Source: Octopus bimaculoides | Lineage: Eukaryota | Length of the DNA: 64,000 nt | NCBI RefSeq assembly: GCF_001194135.2 | Contig: NC_068989.1 | Location: 10,098,842 to 10,162,841 of the forward strand | Direction of reading: 5' to 3' | Part shown: positions 63,728 through 64,000 of the stretch, one piece after another | How the letters are laid out: the number at the start of each line of letters is the position of its first letter | How positions within the stretch are numbered: the first letter of the stretch is position 1 | Program-made: the position numbers and the translations under genes | The notes under the pieces: model-generated | What the model saw: the letters and a program-made list of their open reading frames with translations, nothing else | What the model was told of the DNA's origin: nothing | The model's database searches: none

Positions 63728-64000
63728 CACACACACAATGTGTGTGTGTGTGTGTGTGTGTGTATGTATATATACATAGATATATGTATGTATATATACG
63801 TATGTATATATTATATATATATGTATAAATATGTGTGTATATATATGTATGTATATATATATATGCATACATATATATACATACATATCTATACATATAT
63901 ATATACATATATATATGCATATATATATACACATATATATGTATACGAACATATATATACACATACATACATACGAACATATATATATGTATATATATAT
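63660..64000. repeat. (TA)n/(CA)n/(TG)n microsatellite block
   Basis: Direct. Confidence 0.95.

Noticed and set aside
2097-64000. Long ORFs made of YI/HT/CV/X runs throughout the ORF track
   Set aside because: Translations of microsatellites or N gaps.

Overview
AT-rich, microsatellite-dense animal genomic DNA with nine N-gaps. The SINE/MITE repertoire looks like that of octopus (cephalopod); this rests on recognising the repeat families, not on a database search. I cannot identify a host protein-coding gene. Almost all entries in the ORF track are translations of microsatellites, N-gaps or transposon relics. What the sequence supports: three tRNA-headed SINE families (A, B, C), an RTE-type (GAT)n-tailed repeat, a (CAA)n-tailed repeat, piggyBac-like (TTAA), hAT-Charlie-like, Tc2/pogo-like and mariner MITEs, relics of RTE, CR1/L2, R4/Dong and HERO/NeSL-like LINEs, and several Penelope-like terminal fragments sitting in (TA)n/(TAA)n. 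The most notable signal is that three unrelated Penelope-like fragments each carry a minimal type I hammerhead-ribozyme motif with covarying stems, and two of them are inverted pairs. Other leads are a near-perfect 55-bp fold-back, a degenerate repeat-spacer-like array at 57.4-57.9 kb, and short minus-strand exon-like segments that splice in frame and may belong to a long gene or lncRNA.
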